From positions 32,001 to 96,000 of the forward strand of contig CBDESZ010000025.1 in NCBI GenBank assembly GCA_965242725.1: a stretch of 64,000 bases of DNA. Reading direction: 5' to 3'. Positions 20,304-29,519 of the stretch are shown here, in pieces; position 1 is the stretch's first letter; every line of letters begins with the position of its first letter. Below the pieces are notes generated by a model. The model was not told the origin of the DNA and did no database searches. It was given only the letters and a program-made list of their open reading frames with translations. A program made the translations under genes and the position numbers. This DNA is from Alkalispirochaeta sp. (lineage in GTDB: Bacteria; Spirochaetota; Spirochaetia; DSM-27196; Alkalispirochaetaceae).

Positions 20304-21230
20304 GTGAGTTCTCCACAGATTGGTGTACATCTGGCAGATCACTCCTTTTTCCCCATCTTTGAATCAGACGCGCCGGGGCGTAGACGCGTTGTACTTTCCA
20401 CCTCACGGACCGATCAGGAATGTGTAGACATCGTTCTGTACCGCCGTGACCCCACCTTCGTGGAAGAGGAGGAACGACTCGGTCATATCCTCCTGTGCGA
20501 TATCGCCCGGGGGACACCGGACGAGTCCGAGATCGAATTGCTTCTTGATCTCCACGACGACGGCTCCATTGAAGCGACGGCGACGGACCGGCGTTCAGGA
20601 AACAGCCGTACCGTTGCCATCGACGAGGATGACGTGATGCCGGAGTACCATGACGGCGACCAGTTTACTGCCGGCAGCGTGGAAGCGCTCCTTGACGATG
20701 ACGAGCTTCTTGATGAGGAGGTGGAGCCTCCCCGACGGCGCCGCGGTATATGGCTGTGGCTGCTGTTGCTATTGATCCTTGCAGCTGCGCTCGCGTGGTG
20801 GTTCCTGCTCCGTTCGGATGGTGCGAATCGCGGGTCAGGCGATGCCGCAGCGGCAGGAGCCGCTCCGGCACAGGAAGCGCCGTCGGGTGAAGAAACGTCA
20901 ACCGCAGAGGAATCCCCGCCTGCGGAAACAGCGGCACCTGAAGAAGCAGGATCCGGTGACGCGGCCCCGATCGTTGAAGAGTCGCAGCCCCTACCGGAGG
21001 CGTCTTCCGGAGCGGGCGCCCCCGATGTCGGCGCTGCCGACACCGGTGATTCAGCCGGCGCCGGGATGACCGCTGAAGACTATCACATTAAATGGGGAGA
21101 CACCCTCTGGGACATATCAACCGTATTCTACGGTACCCCCTGGCGGTTCAGGGAAATTGCCGATGAAAACGCCATCTCCAACCCCGACAGGATCTTCGCG
21201 GACGACAACATCAAAATTCCCAGAGAGTGA
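20304..21230 (+). CDS. DnaK substrate-binding-like domain + TM + LysM protein
   Basis: N-terminus resembles Hsp70 SBD-beta (T..DQ..V.I.LY, LG.I.L..I, IEL...L..DG.I.ATA.D..SG); RRRR-TM; acidic linker; LysM YHIKWGDTLWDIS...N.ISNPDRI. Confidence 0.75.
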   Translation: MSSPQIGVHLADHSFFPIFESDAPGRRRVVLSTSRTDQECVDIVLYRRDPTFVEEEERLGHILLCDIARGTPDESEIELLLDLHDDGSIEATATDRRSGNSRTVAIDEDDVMPEYHDGDQFTAGSVEALLDDDELLDEEVEPPRRRRGIWLWLLLLLILAAALAWWFLLRSDGANRGSGDAAAAGAAPAQEAPSGEETSTAEESPPAETAAPEEAGSGDAAPIVEESQPLPEASSGAGAPDVGAADTGDSAGAGMTAEDYHIKWGDTLWDISTVFYGTPWRFREIADENAISNPDRIFADDNIKIPRE

Positions 21231-22423
21231 CAATGAATCCTGAATCGACATCCGGAATCGCACTGCTCGGCTATGGGGGAATCGGCAGAATTCACGCTCT
21301 CAACTACCGGCAAATCCCCTTTCTCTATCCCTCCGCCGTTCCGCGGCCTGAACTGACATGGATCTATACCGCCCACGAGGAGACGGCCCGGCGGGGCGCC
21401 GAAGAGGCGGAAGCGCGAAGATGGACGACCGCGCTTGATAACATTCTCTCGGATACCGCAACGACCATCGCCGACATCACCCTGCCGAACCACGTCCATC
21501 GCGACGTGATTCTGCAACTCCTCGAGGCGGGGAAACATGTCTATTGCGAGAAACCCCTGGCGGCGACACTGGCGGACGCCCGTGCTATCGCCGGGGCGGT
21601 GCAACGCGCCCGGAAAGTCAAGAACACCGTTTTCGCCATGACCTTTCAATACCGCTTCGTCCCCGCGATACGTCGCGCAGCCGAGATCATCAGGGCAGGC
21701 GGTGTCGGTCGGGTCTATTCATTCCGGGCGGAGTACCTGCACTCGGGATATCAGAATCCGGCAAAACCCCTCTCGTGGCGGCTGCGAAAAGAAGAGGGTG
21801 GTTCCGGTGCGCTTGGTGATCTGGGGTCCCACATCATTGATCTCGTTCGATATCTCCTCGGTGATTTCTCCGCCGTTCAAGGCCATATGGAGACATTCAT
21901 TGAACGCCGTCCGGTTGCGCCGAACGCCGTTGAAACGGGTCGCGTGACGGTGGACGATGCCGTGTGGATGCGCTGCCGCCTCGTATCGGGAGCGGTGGGA
22001 ACGCTGGAGGCGTCACGCTTCGCCACGGGCACCCTCGACGACCTGCGGCTGTGGATATACGGTGAAAAGGGATCGCTCCATTTCAGCCTTATGGATCCCA
22101 ACTATCTGTGGTACTTCGAAGACGACGGCGGTTCCGACGGATGGACGCGACTCCATTCGGTCCAGCATTTTCCCGGTGCCGCGGCTCCGCCCGGGCGTGC
22201 TCCCCTCGGCTGGTCCCGCCTCCACGGGGAGAATCAGTACCGCTTCCTTCGGGCGGTCCATCGGGCAGTCGACGTAGCGACGGAACAAGCGGCAGCCCCG
22301 GAGGACCCCGCAGATGCGGCCTTGCCGGGTATCGAAGACGGCCTGGCGGTACAATGCGTACTTGACGCGGTTGAGCGCTCGTACGTCGCCGGAGGCGGGT
22401 GGATCGACGTCCCCACCGCGTGA
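21227..22423 (+). CDS. Gfo/Idh/MocA family oxidoreductase
   Basis: GYGGIG, HVYCEKPLA and GALGDLGSHIIDL. Confidence 0.9.
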   Translation: MTMNPESTSGIALLGYGGIGRIHALNYRQIPFLYPSAVPRPELTWIYTAHEETARRGAEEAEARRWTTALDNILSDTATTIADITLPNHVHRDVILQLLEAGKHVYCEKPLAATLADARAIAGAVQRARKVKNTVFAMTFQYRFVPAIRRAAEIIRAGGVGRVYSFRAEYLHSGYQNPAKPLSWRLRKEEGGSGALGDLGSHIIDLVRYLLGDFSAVQGHMETFIERRPVAPNAVETGRVTVDDAVWMRCRLVSGAVGTLEASRFATGTLDDLRLWIYGEKGSLHFSLMDPNYLWYFEDDGGSDGWTRLHSVQHFPGAAAPPGRAPLGWSRLHGENQYRFLRAVHRAVDVATEQAAAPEDPADAALPGIEDGLAVQCVLDAVERSYVAGGGWIDVPTA

Positions 22424-22443
22424 CGGGCGGCGGGTACCGATGT

Positions 22444-23190
22444 TCAGAAGAGGCCCATTTTTCTCGCTTCCCGCATCAATTCGACCTGATTCCCCACATA
22501 GAGTTTGCGGTAGATATGCTTGATATGAACCCGTACCGTGTGGGTGCTGACGCAGAGGGTGTCGGCAATCTCCCGGGGCGGAATACCGCTGACGATCAAT
22601 TCCAGAACCTCCCGCTCCCGATTGGTCAATTCCTTCTCCTCGTTGTCCGACAGCGGGGGCACGCTATCGTACGGCGGAAAATCGCGGCGACGTCCGTCGG
22701 TACGGGGACTGCCGGTTGAACGATCTCCATCGGCACTGCGCCGCTGGAAATCCGCCATGACCCGCACCGCGATGGTAGGACTCATGATGCCTCCGCCTGC
22801 AATCACGTTCTCGATGTGCATCGTGATGTCGCCGATCTCCGTCTTCAGAATGTAGCCCACCGCCCCGAAACGGAGGGCATCAAAAATGTTTCCCTCCGCA
22901 TCGAGACTCGTTAAAACGACGATGGGAAAGGGGAGGGGGCGCCCCGATTTCAGAGCGTCTTCGTCGAGGGTCTTGAGGAGCTGGATTCCGTTTATGCCGG
23001 GCAGATTCAGGTCGAGGAGGAGAATGTCGGGAATGACGTCGTCGGCGCGCTTGGAATGTCTCATATACGCGAGAAAGTCCTCAGCGGTCGTCCAGTGCCG
23101 CGTCTCCATCGGTTTGTCCGCCGACGCGACGGATCGGTCGATTTCCCGGGCAAAGAGCGTGTCGTCTTCAACTAATCCGACAAGCGGCAT
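22444..23190 (-). CDS. LuxR/NarL family response regulator
   Basis: VEDD, LLDLNLP phosphoacceptor, GYILK; C-terminal LTNREREVL...TVRVHIKHIYRKL. Confidence 0.93.
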   Translation of the reverse strand: MPLVGLVEDDTLFAREIDRSVASADKPMETRHWTTAEDFLAYMRHSKRADDVIPDILLLDLNLPGINGIQLLKTLDEDALKSGRPLPFPIVVLTSLDAEGNIFDALRFGAVGYILKTEIGDITMHIENVIAGGGIMSPTIAVRVMADFQRRSADGDRSTGSPRTDGRRRDFPPYDSVPPLSDNEEKELTNREREVLELIVSGIPPREIADTLCVSTHTVRVHIKHIYRKLYVGNQVELMREARKMGLF

Positions 23191-23238
23191 AGAACCATCC
23201 CATACTGGAATAGTAGATCCACTTTGTCGGTTGTTCCA

Positions 23239-23254
23239 TACCTAAAAATAGGTA
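23239..23254. promoter_or_regulatory. NarL/LuxR-type 7-2-7 inverted repeat TACCTAA-AA-ATAGGTA
   Basis: Palindrome in the AT-rich divergent intergenic region between regulator and sensor. Confidence 0.6.
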
Positions 23255-23300
23255 TCCATGATAAACTGGGTGTCAAAAAGGCAAAAAAGCATTAAAAACG

Positions 23301-25205
23301 ATGATCACCCTGGTTCTTGCAGCGTTCGCTTTTCTACTCACCCATCCCGTGTTTTCTCTTCCAGGCATAGAAGAACCGATTGAAATCACCGAGGGCTGGC
23401 GATACCAGACCGCACAGACATTGAGGGAACTGGAATCCGATGAAAACGGGTATAAACCGTTGACGGACGCTCCCTCGTGGTTACCCGCCCACTCCCGAAT
23501 CGACTGGTCCGAAGCGTCGTATCTATCCCTTCAAGTCGAGTTGCCTGAACCGGAGGAGCGGTACCGGGATCCGACGGTATTCATTCCGCGTATGTACTTT
23601 GTCGGTGAGGTGTATGTCGGTGATCAGCTCGTGTACGAGTACGGTCGTCTGGACGCATCGGGACGCTCGTGGTTTCGCGGCGCCGACTGGCACATCCTTC
23701 CCCTGCCGGACCGATGGCGGGGGCAGAAGCTCACGATGAACATTCGTTCTGAATATTCCGTCATCGGCATCGCCGCCCCCGTCTCCGTAGGGGACCGGAG
23801 TGACCTCATGTTTCACATGATCGCCCGGGATGCCCCGTCGGTTCTCATTTCCGTCTTTCTCCTCGTCCTGGGACTGTCTACGGCGGTGGTCATCATCATA
23901 CTTCCCGGGGAAATCGTGAAATGGCTCCATGCCCGATCCGGTGTGGTTTTTCTGGAACTCGGGACGGGCCTGTCCATGCTCGCTCTCTCGTCGGTCAAGA
24001 CACTTGTTGTCAACTCCGACCTCTTCTGGACTATCGCGACGATCATCGGATCGGCACTCCTGGTTATCGGCGGAATGCTCTATATACGCGATGTCGTCCC
24101 GGGACGGGGGAAGCGAATTTTCAAACCGTTGATGGTGATACACGGTGTCATTGCGACAATCACGGTGGCGGTCTTCATGTTTCAGGTGTGCACTATTTCA
24201 ATGTGGCTCATGAGATTGAGAATCTGGTGGTATTTTCTGGAGGTTGTCATCATCCTGGTCGTACTGGCCCGAACGTTCTGGCGGTATAAAATGGCTTTCG
24301 GAAAGACGATCCCCGTCGTCCTTGTCGGTATGGTGGGAATTACGGCCCACGTCGTCTGGACGGGAGAGTTTACCCGTTATTACGGCATAGGAACGCGGTG
24401 GGGACTGGCGGTGCTTACCGTCGGCAGTCTGACGCTCATTGTCCGCCGCATCGTCCACGCCATTACCGTTGCCTCCCGATATCGAAAGGAATACGAAACG
24501 GTACGGGAAGAGACGGAAAAGTACGTGTATGCCGACATTCACGACCACCTTGGCGGCAACCTTACCGATCTGGCCATACGACTTGATCGGGACGGGGACC
24601 ATCAAACCGCCGACGCCGTGCGGGACAATCTTCAGATGCTTCGCGGGAGGCTCCGGGCCCTGGAAGACCATGAAATGCTCACACGGGACTTCTTCCTCGG
24701 TCTTCGATTGATGATTGTCCGGCGCTATACCTCCGCGGGACGACGGGTATGGGTTGACGTAACCCGCGCTGTCGAGGTGGGGTCGCCTCCCGCGCCGCAG
24801 CGACGAGTGGTTTCCCATTTTCATCCGATAATTGCGGAACTTATTACCAACGATCTCAAATACGGACACGGAACGAGTCATTGGAGCGTCGTCGCATCCG
24901 CATGTACAGCCGACTGGTACTCTCTGGAAATCTCCCTCTCCGCACCGACACGATATCCCCTCCGGGAAGGGGATCCATCTCCCGGGCACGGTACGGAGAC
25001 GATCGCGCTGCGAATCAACACCCTCAGGGGTGAGATCATCCTCGGTCCGGAAATTGTACCGGGAAGTTCCCACTCCCAACCGATACAGAAAGGTTGCACC
25101 GACGAGGGGACGATGCGGCGGGCGATGATCGATGTCCCCTCCCTTCCGGTCAATGGAGATTCGATCTTCCGTTTTGCCTTCCGGGTCTCACTGCCGACTG
25201 AATAA
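23301..25205 (+). CDS. Membrane sensor histidine kinase-like protein (periplasmic beta-domain, ~7 TM, HisKA_3-like, atypical ATPase domain)
   Basis: Signal peptide, multi-TM core, H-box YADIHDHLGG, N-box ELITNDLKYG; divergent from the LuxR regulator. Confidence 0.7.
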   Translation: MITLVLAAFAFLLTHPVFSLPGIEEPIEITEGWRYQTAQTLRELESDENGYKPLTDAPSWLPAHSRIDWSEASYLSLQVELPEPEERYRDPTVFIPRMYFVGEVYVGDQLVYEYGRLDASGRSWFRGADWHILPLPDRWRGQKLTMNIRSEYSVIGIAAPVSVGDRSDLMFHMIARDAPSVLISVFLLVLGLSTAVVIIILPGEIVKWLHARSGVVFLELGTGLSMLALSSVKTLVVNSDLFWTIATIIGSALLVIGGMLYIRDVVPGRGKRIFKPLMVIHGVIATITVAVFMFQVCTISMWLMRLRIWWYFLEVVIILVVLARTFWRYKMAFGKTIPVVLVGMVGITAHVVWTGEFTRYYGIGTRWGLAVLTVGSLTLIVRRIVHAITVASRYRKEYETVREETEKYVYADIHDHLGGNLTDLAIRLDRDGDHQTADAVRDNLQMLRGRLRALEDHEMLTRDFFLGLRLMIVRRYTSAGRRVWVDVTRAVEVGSPPAPQRRVVSHFHPIIAELITNDLKYGHGTSHWSVVASACTADWYSLEISLSAPTRYPLREGDPSPGHGTETIALRINTLRGEIILGPEIVPGSSHSQPIQKGCTDEGTMRRAMIDVPSLPVNGDSIFRFAFRVSLPTE

Positions 25206-25207
25206 AA

Positions 25208-25223
25208 TACCCAATTTGAGGTA
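25208..25223. promoter_or_regulatory. Second 7-2-7 box TACCCAA-TT-TGAGGTA upstream of the OM barrel gene
   Basis: Same TACC-N8-GGTA geometry as 23239-23254, about 70 nt upstream of ATG 25292. Confidence 0.55.
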
Positions 25224-25291
25224 CAGACAATCTCGCTCCCCGAGTCAACAATTATCAGCATTACAACATCACTCGCAACGAGGAGGATTCT

Positions 25292-25891
25292 ATGAAACGT
25301 ATTCTGTTGGTCTTGATGGTAATGGCAGTTGTAACCACCGGCGCCTTTGCGCAGTGGGTCGTGGGGGCGGACCTCGGGTTGAGTTACCTGATGGAAGATT
25401 GGTCGGACTATGATGACATTAATCAAGTCGGATTTCCCTTCTTCGTTGAGGTCGGTTACGAGCTTCCCTACGAATTTGAATTTGGCGACATGGGTATGTC
25501 AACTTTCACCGTGGGCGGCAAGTTGGGGTATGTAAACAATATTGTCTCGGCGGAAGATCCCGATTTCGATTATACCTTCAAATTGTCCACCATCCCGTTC
25601 TTCCTCTACGGCCGCGCGGAAGCGCAGATTTTCTATGTGGAACTCGGCCTTGGTCTCCATGCGTGGGTCCTGGAAAACGAATTCAGTATTCTTGGTACCG
25701 ACTATGACTACGGCGACAACGGCCTCGACACCGGTGTCTACCTGGGCGGCGGTCTCAGCTTCCCTCTCTCCGACGCCATGGCACTCCGTGCGGGTCTCAA
25801 CTTCACCAAGTACACCTTTGACTTCGACGCGGACGACGAGAGCGACGGCAACACCATCGGTGTAAACGTCGGCCTCACCTACAAACTGTAA
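25292..25891 (+). CDS. Small outer-membrane beta-barrel protein (OmpA/OmpW-like 8-strand)
   Basis: RBS AGGAGG, SPase I signal (AFA/Q), amphipathic strands, C-terminal GLTYKL. Confidence 0.8.
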   Translation: MKRILLVLMVMAVVTTGAFAQWVVGADLGLSYLMEDWSDYDDINQVGFPFFVEVGYELPYEFEFGDMGMSTFTVGGKLGYVNNIVSAEDPDFDYTFKLSTIPFFLYGRAEAQIFYVELGLGLHAWVLENEFSILGTDYDYGDNGLDTGVYLGGGLSFPLSDAMALRAGLNFTKYTFDFDADDESDGNTIGVNVGLTYKL

Positions 25892-25980
25892 CGGGAACCG
25901 GCCGGCGCGGCCGGGAATAAACGGCGGAGGAGCGTCCGGGTCTGAAACGCCGGGACAGGAAACGCCTGACCCGCCTATAC

Positions 25981-26014
25981 CGCCCTTCTTCATACGACGG
26001 AGAAGGGCGTCTTT
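25981..26014 (+). terminator. Possible terminator or processing hairpin
   Basis: CGCCCTTCT/AGAAGGGCG stem followed by a weak TCTTT tail. Confidence 0.5.
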
Positions 26015-26037
26015 ATGTGTCATCACAGGGAGAAAAA

Positions 26038-26787
26038 ATGAACCGTAAAACCATAGCCATTCTGACGGCCGTCGCCGTCGCGGCGTCAGCCCTCATCGGC
26101 TGCTCCACAGCCAACCAGTACATGATACCCGGGACCGAGCAGTATGAAGCGGTGACGGCAAACCTCGTCGGAACGTGGACCATTGAATCCCTGGAGGGAA
26201 AACCGGATACCACCATGGGTGACTTCAAATCCACGCTGGAAGAATATGTCGGTCCCGTCTACACCGCCGGACGTGTCACCTTTGAAAACGACGTCCGTCC
26301 CGGAGACTTTGAAGACGGCATATACCCCGCCGTCACCTTTTCCTTTGACGTCGACGAACAGACCCTCGCGGAAAAAGAGGAGAGGTGGAAAAAAGACTAT
26401 CCCGACCTGGAGCTTGAGGCGATGCGCATCGTCGTGATAGGTGTCTGGTACGTCTCGCCCAAAGGCGACGTGCTGCGTATCATCGTCGACACCGACGCGG
26501 ACGGTGCCGCCTACGTGGAAGCCGACGGCAGTCCGGAAAACGACGCCATGACCTTCGCGGGAACACAGAGTGCGGCCCTCGCCCTCTCCATGGAAGCGAC
26601 CGACGCCGGCTCCGAAGGAGGCCTCTTCGCCACCGCAATGGCGGTCGTCGCGGAAACGGCCACGGCGGAAGTCGCCGGCATGTCCGACATCTTCCCGCCC
26701 GCCCTGAACGGCGTCTTCAACATCTCCGTGTCAGGGGCCTCCCTCAGCCTGGACCGCTCCACCGCCGTCATACGCGCCGTGAAATAG
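26038..26787 (+). CDS. Hypothetical lipoprotein
   Basis: MNRK + hydrophobic stretch + lipobox LIGC; lipocalin-like LVGTW motif. Confidence 0.75.
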   Translation: MNRKTIAILTAVAVAASALIGCSTANQYMIPGTEQYEAVTANLVGTWTIESLEGKPDTTMGDFKSTLEEYVGPVYTAGRVTFENDVRPGDFEDGIYPAVTFSFDVDEQTLAEKEERWKKDYPDLELEAMRIVVIGVWYVSPKGDVLRIIVDTDADGAAYVEADGSPENDAMTFAGTQSAALALSMEATDAGSEGGLFATAMAVVAETATAEVAGMSDIFPPALNGVFNISVSGASLSLDRSTAVIRAVK

Positions 26788-26875
26788 CGTGTCCCAGCAT
26801 CGTCGTCGCGCCGGTGGCGCGTATCAACGTCCTGCGCTACCCGCGCATCGGCGCCTTGCAAGAGGCGGTATCGTT

Positions 26876-26918
26876 GCCCCGGTCCGGTCTCATCCCCGCC
26901 GGGGCTTTTTTTTCTTTT
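26876..26918 (+). terminator. Rho-independent terminator
   Basis: GCCCCGG/CCGGGGC stem followed by T8. Confidence 0.7.
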
Positions 26919-27011
26919 GTATATCGAACCCGAGGGTTCTGCGGCGCCCGCCGCTCCGACGACAGCCTCAATCCCGGATCGCCCGGGTGTGTCGTGACCT
27001 CATTTCCCGCG

Positions 27012-27415
27012 TCAGGGTTCGACGACCTCAACGGTGGGGAAATTGGAACGTACCCGTCGTGGATCACAGGGCAACAACGGCAGCCGTTCCACCGCCGCGG
27101 GGCGCCTATGAAAAAGTCCGGTAACGGATTCATGCGGCTTCCACCGCGCCGACGATATGCAATAAAGTACTTGCCCGCGAGAACGAGCGCTTCCCGTGGT
27201 ATCGGCCGTAGAAGAAATCCTGCGCCGGCCAGTGTCGCTTCCAGCGACCCGATCGTACTGAAACCGATCGAGACTTCGGACCAGACGACGGCATCGATAC
27301 TCAATTCACAAATTGTGCCCCAACGGACGAGGAAGTCCATCGATCGCTCAATAAAGACGGGATTCCTGGTCAGGACGTCCGGTACCACACTGGAATTCAC
27401 AAAGACCGCCTTCAT
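27012..27415 (-). pseudogene. vapC: VapC (PIN domain) toxin pseudogene
   Basis: YRRRGGSRMNPLPDFFIGA, then a 1-nt deletion at ~27100. The shifted frame continues AAVERLPLLPCDPRRVRSNFPTVEVVEP* (stop 27012-27014). First catalytic Asp replaced (VNSS). Confidence 0.8.
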
Positions 27416-27560
27416 GTACGGGTGAGGGCAAGGATCTCGTTGGTAGACATCCCCAGGTCGGCGCTCCCGGCGTATCGTTCCAACCGCTCCGCCACAACAT
27501 CCGGCCGAAGGACTCGCTGGAGCCGCGCGTGATCGCCCTCAAGCACAAATTCAATCGCCC
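27412..27560 (-). pseudogene. AbrB/MazE-type antitoxin C-terminal remnant
   Basis: IEFVLEGD...RYAGSADLGMSTNEILALTR overlapping the vapC start (ATGA). No recognisable AbrB N-terminus. Confidence 0.6.
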
Positions 27561-27606
27561 GTTCGGCTCTCGATCTTTTTTGCGACTTCGATACAATAGA
27601 AATGAC

Positions 27607-27858
27607 ATGAGTGACATGTTCGCCGGCGACCACGCATTTCTCATAAAACTCGCCAACACCCGCATGCCCTTCGGCAAATACCGGGGCCGCCTCCTCATCG
27701 ACCTGCCAGAACCCTACGTCGTCTGGTTCAGGGGAAAGGGGTTCCCCGAGGGAGAACTGGGCACCATGCTTGCGAGCCTCTATGAGATCAAGGCAAACGG
27801 GCTGGAAGGGTTATTGCGGCCGCTGGTGGACCGCCATACCCCAAGAGGTATAAGTTGA
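27607..27858 (+). CDS. DUF3820 (YpeB-like) small protein
   Basis: LANTRMPFGKYRGRLLIDLPEPYVVWF...GELG.ML..LYEIKANGLE.LL.PL. Confidence 0.88.
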   Translation: MSDMFAGDHAFLIKLANTRMPFGKYRGRLLIDLPEPYVVWFRGKGFPEGELGTMLASLYEIKANGLEGLLRPLVDRHTPRGIS

Positions 27859-27906
27859 CGTTATACCTCTTGGGGTATAAAATCATTATATACCTTATAG
27901 GGGGTA
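27836..27906 (+). promoter_or_regulatory. hipBA promoter/operator
   Basis: Perfect 18-bp inverted repeat (27836-27853 / 27861-27878) around -35 TTGACG (27855-27860); -10 TAAAAT (27878-27883) at 17-bp spacing; third related site 27891-27906. Confidence 0.8.
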
Positions 27907-27909
27907 CAT

Positions 27910-28173
27910 ATGGACTATCCCATAAGAACAATACCGCAACTCGGAAAAATCCTGAAGGCCCTGCGGAATGAAGACGGCCTGACCCAACGAGACGTTGCAG
28001 AAAAGTCGGGACTTCTTCAGAAGACCGTATCATTGATGGAGCGGGAACCCGATCGGGCAACGGTCCAAAGCCTCTTCGCGCTCATCTCAGCTCTTGATGC
28101 AACCCTCGTAATCCGGCCTCGGATGAGCGTCGACAATGGGGATACGGAACCGACCCCGCCGGAGGATTGGTGA
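27910..28173 (+). CDS. hipB: HipB-like XRE HTH antitoxin
   Basis: QLG..LK.LR...GLTQRDVAEKSGLLQKTVSLME; directly upstream of hipA. Confidence 0.88.
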   Translation: MDYPIRTIPQLGKILKALRNEDGLTQRDVAEKSGLLQKTVSLMEREPDRATVQSLFALISALDATLVIRPRMSVDNGDTEPTPPEDW

Positions 28174-28175
28174 CG

Positions 28176-29519
28176 ATGGGGCGGCAAAAACAGCGTCGTC
28201 CCCTGTTGATATACGCTAACGGCGACCGTGTGGGAACGTGGGAGATTGACACACGAGGAACGCATGCCTTCTCCTACCACCCATCCTGGGTTTCGTCGCC
28301 CCGGGGCCGCCCCCTTTCACTCTCGTTGCCATTTCTTCCCGGCAACCGGCAACACACCGGTGATGTTGTCAGCGCGTATTTTGAAAATCTCCTCCCTGAT
28401 AACGTGGAAATCCTGCGGCGGGTACAGGCTCGGTTCGGCACTTCATCGATCGGTGCCTTCGACATCCTGAGCGAAATCGGTCGGGATTGCGTCGGCGCTA
28501 TTCAAATATTCTCCGGTGATCAGGCTGCACCCGACGTTCATTCCATTTCAGGAACGCCCCTTACTGAGTCGGAAATCGCTCGGTTATTGGAGGACGCCCT
28601 TGTTGTTCCGGGACTCATGTCGGAGAGTCGGGACGAGTTCCGTATTTCCATCGCCGGGGCGCAGGAGAAAACGGCTCTTTTATATCATGACGGCCAATGG
28701 ATGCGCCCGCGAGGCGCAACACCAACCACTCATATCCTCAAACTTCCGTTGGGGAAGATCGGTATTTACGGTGTCGATTTGACCACCTCTCCGGAGAATG
28801 AATGGCTCTGCGGTCGGATCTTCAACGCTTTCGGGCTGTCGGTGCCGGATAGTACTGTTATGCAATTTGAAGGCCGGCGAGTGCTTGTGGTGACTCGCTT
28901 TGATCGTACACCTTCCGGAGATGGAACGTGGATCGTCCGCCGGCCCGTCGAGGATTTCTGTCAGGCCACCGGTACCCCGCCGAGTCAAAAGTACGAATCA
29001 GACGGCGGGCCGGGGATCGGGACGATAATGGAAATCCTTGGTGCCAGTGACGTCACCACCGACAGACAGACTTTCCTGACCGCACAGATACTCATGTGGA
29101 TGCTTGCCTCCACCGACGGACATGGGAAGAATTTCAGTATCTTTCTGGATGCGGGAGGGCGGTTCCGACTGACGCCCTTTTACGACGTAATTTCCGCATG
29201 GCCCGTCGTTGGTAGTGGACCAGAAAGGATCCCGCTCCAACGACTCCGTATGGCCATGGCCGTGACCGGCAAGAACCGGCACTATCGGTGGGACACGATC
29301 ACTCCCCGTCACTGGATCGAGACGTCCCGACGAAACGGTATTCCCCAATCGACCACGAACGGTATCATTGAGAGCCTAGTTGAGAATACCGAGTCGGTCA
29401 TCCGGCAGGTTGTCTCTGAACTGCCCGCCGGCTTTCCGGAATCGACGGCGACCGCGGTATTTGAAGGACTTCGGAATTCGGCTGAAAGGTTGGGGAAGGG
29501 GCTGGAGGCAGGTAGCTGA
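28176..29519 (+). CDS. hipA: HipA family serine/threonine kinase toxin
   Basis: YFENLLPD, GRDCVGA, ISIAGAQEKTAL, HILKLP, KYESDGGP, TDGHGKNFS and LTPFYDVIS. Confidence 0.95.
   Translation: MGRQKQRRPLLIYANGDRVGTWEIDTRGTHAFSYHPSWVSSPRGRPLSLSLPFLPGNRQHTGDVVSAYFENLLPDNVEILRRVQARFGTSSIGAFDILSEIGRDCVGAIQIFSGDQAAPDVHSISGTPLTESEIARLLEDALVVPGLMSESRDEFRISIAGAQEKTALLYHDGQWMRPRGATPTTHILKLPLGKIGIYGVDLTTSPENEWLCGRIFNAFGLSVPDSTVMQFEGRRVLVVTRFDRTPSGDGTWIVRRPVEDFCQATGTPPSQKYESDGGPGIGTIMEILGASDVTTDRQTFLTAQILMWMLASTDGHGKNFSIFLDAGGRFRLTPFYDVISAWPVVGSGPERIPLQRLRMAMAVTGKNRHYRWDTITPRHWIETSRRNGIPQSTTNGIIESLVENTESVIRQVVSELPAGFPESTATAVFEGLRNSAERLGKGLEAGS

Noticed and set aside
26837..27415. 192-aa ORF as an intact extended VapC
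   Set aside because: The C-terminal ~85 aa are out-of-frame read-through; the real PIN C-terminus is in another frame ending at 27012.
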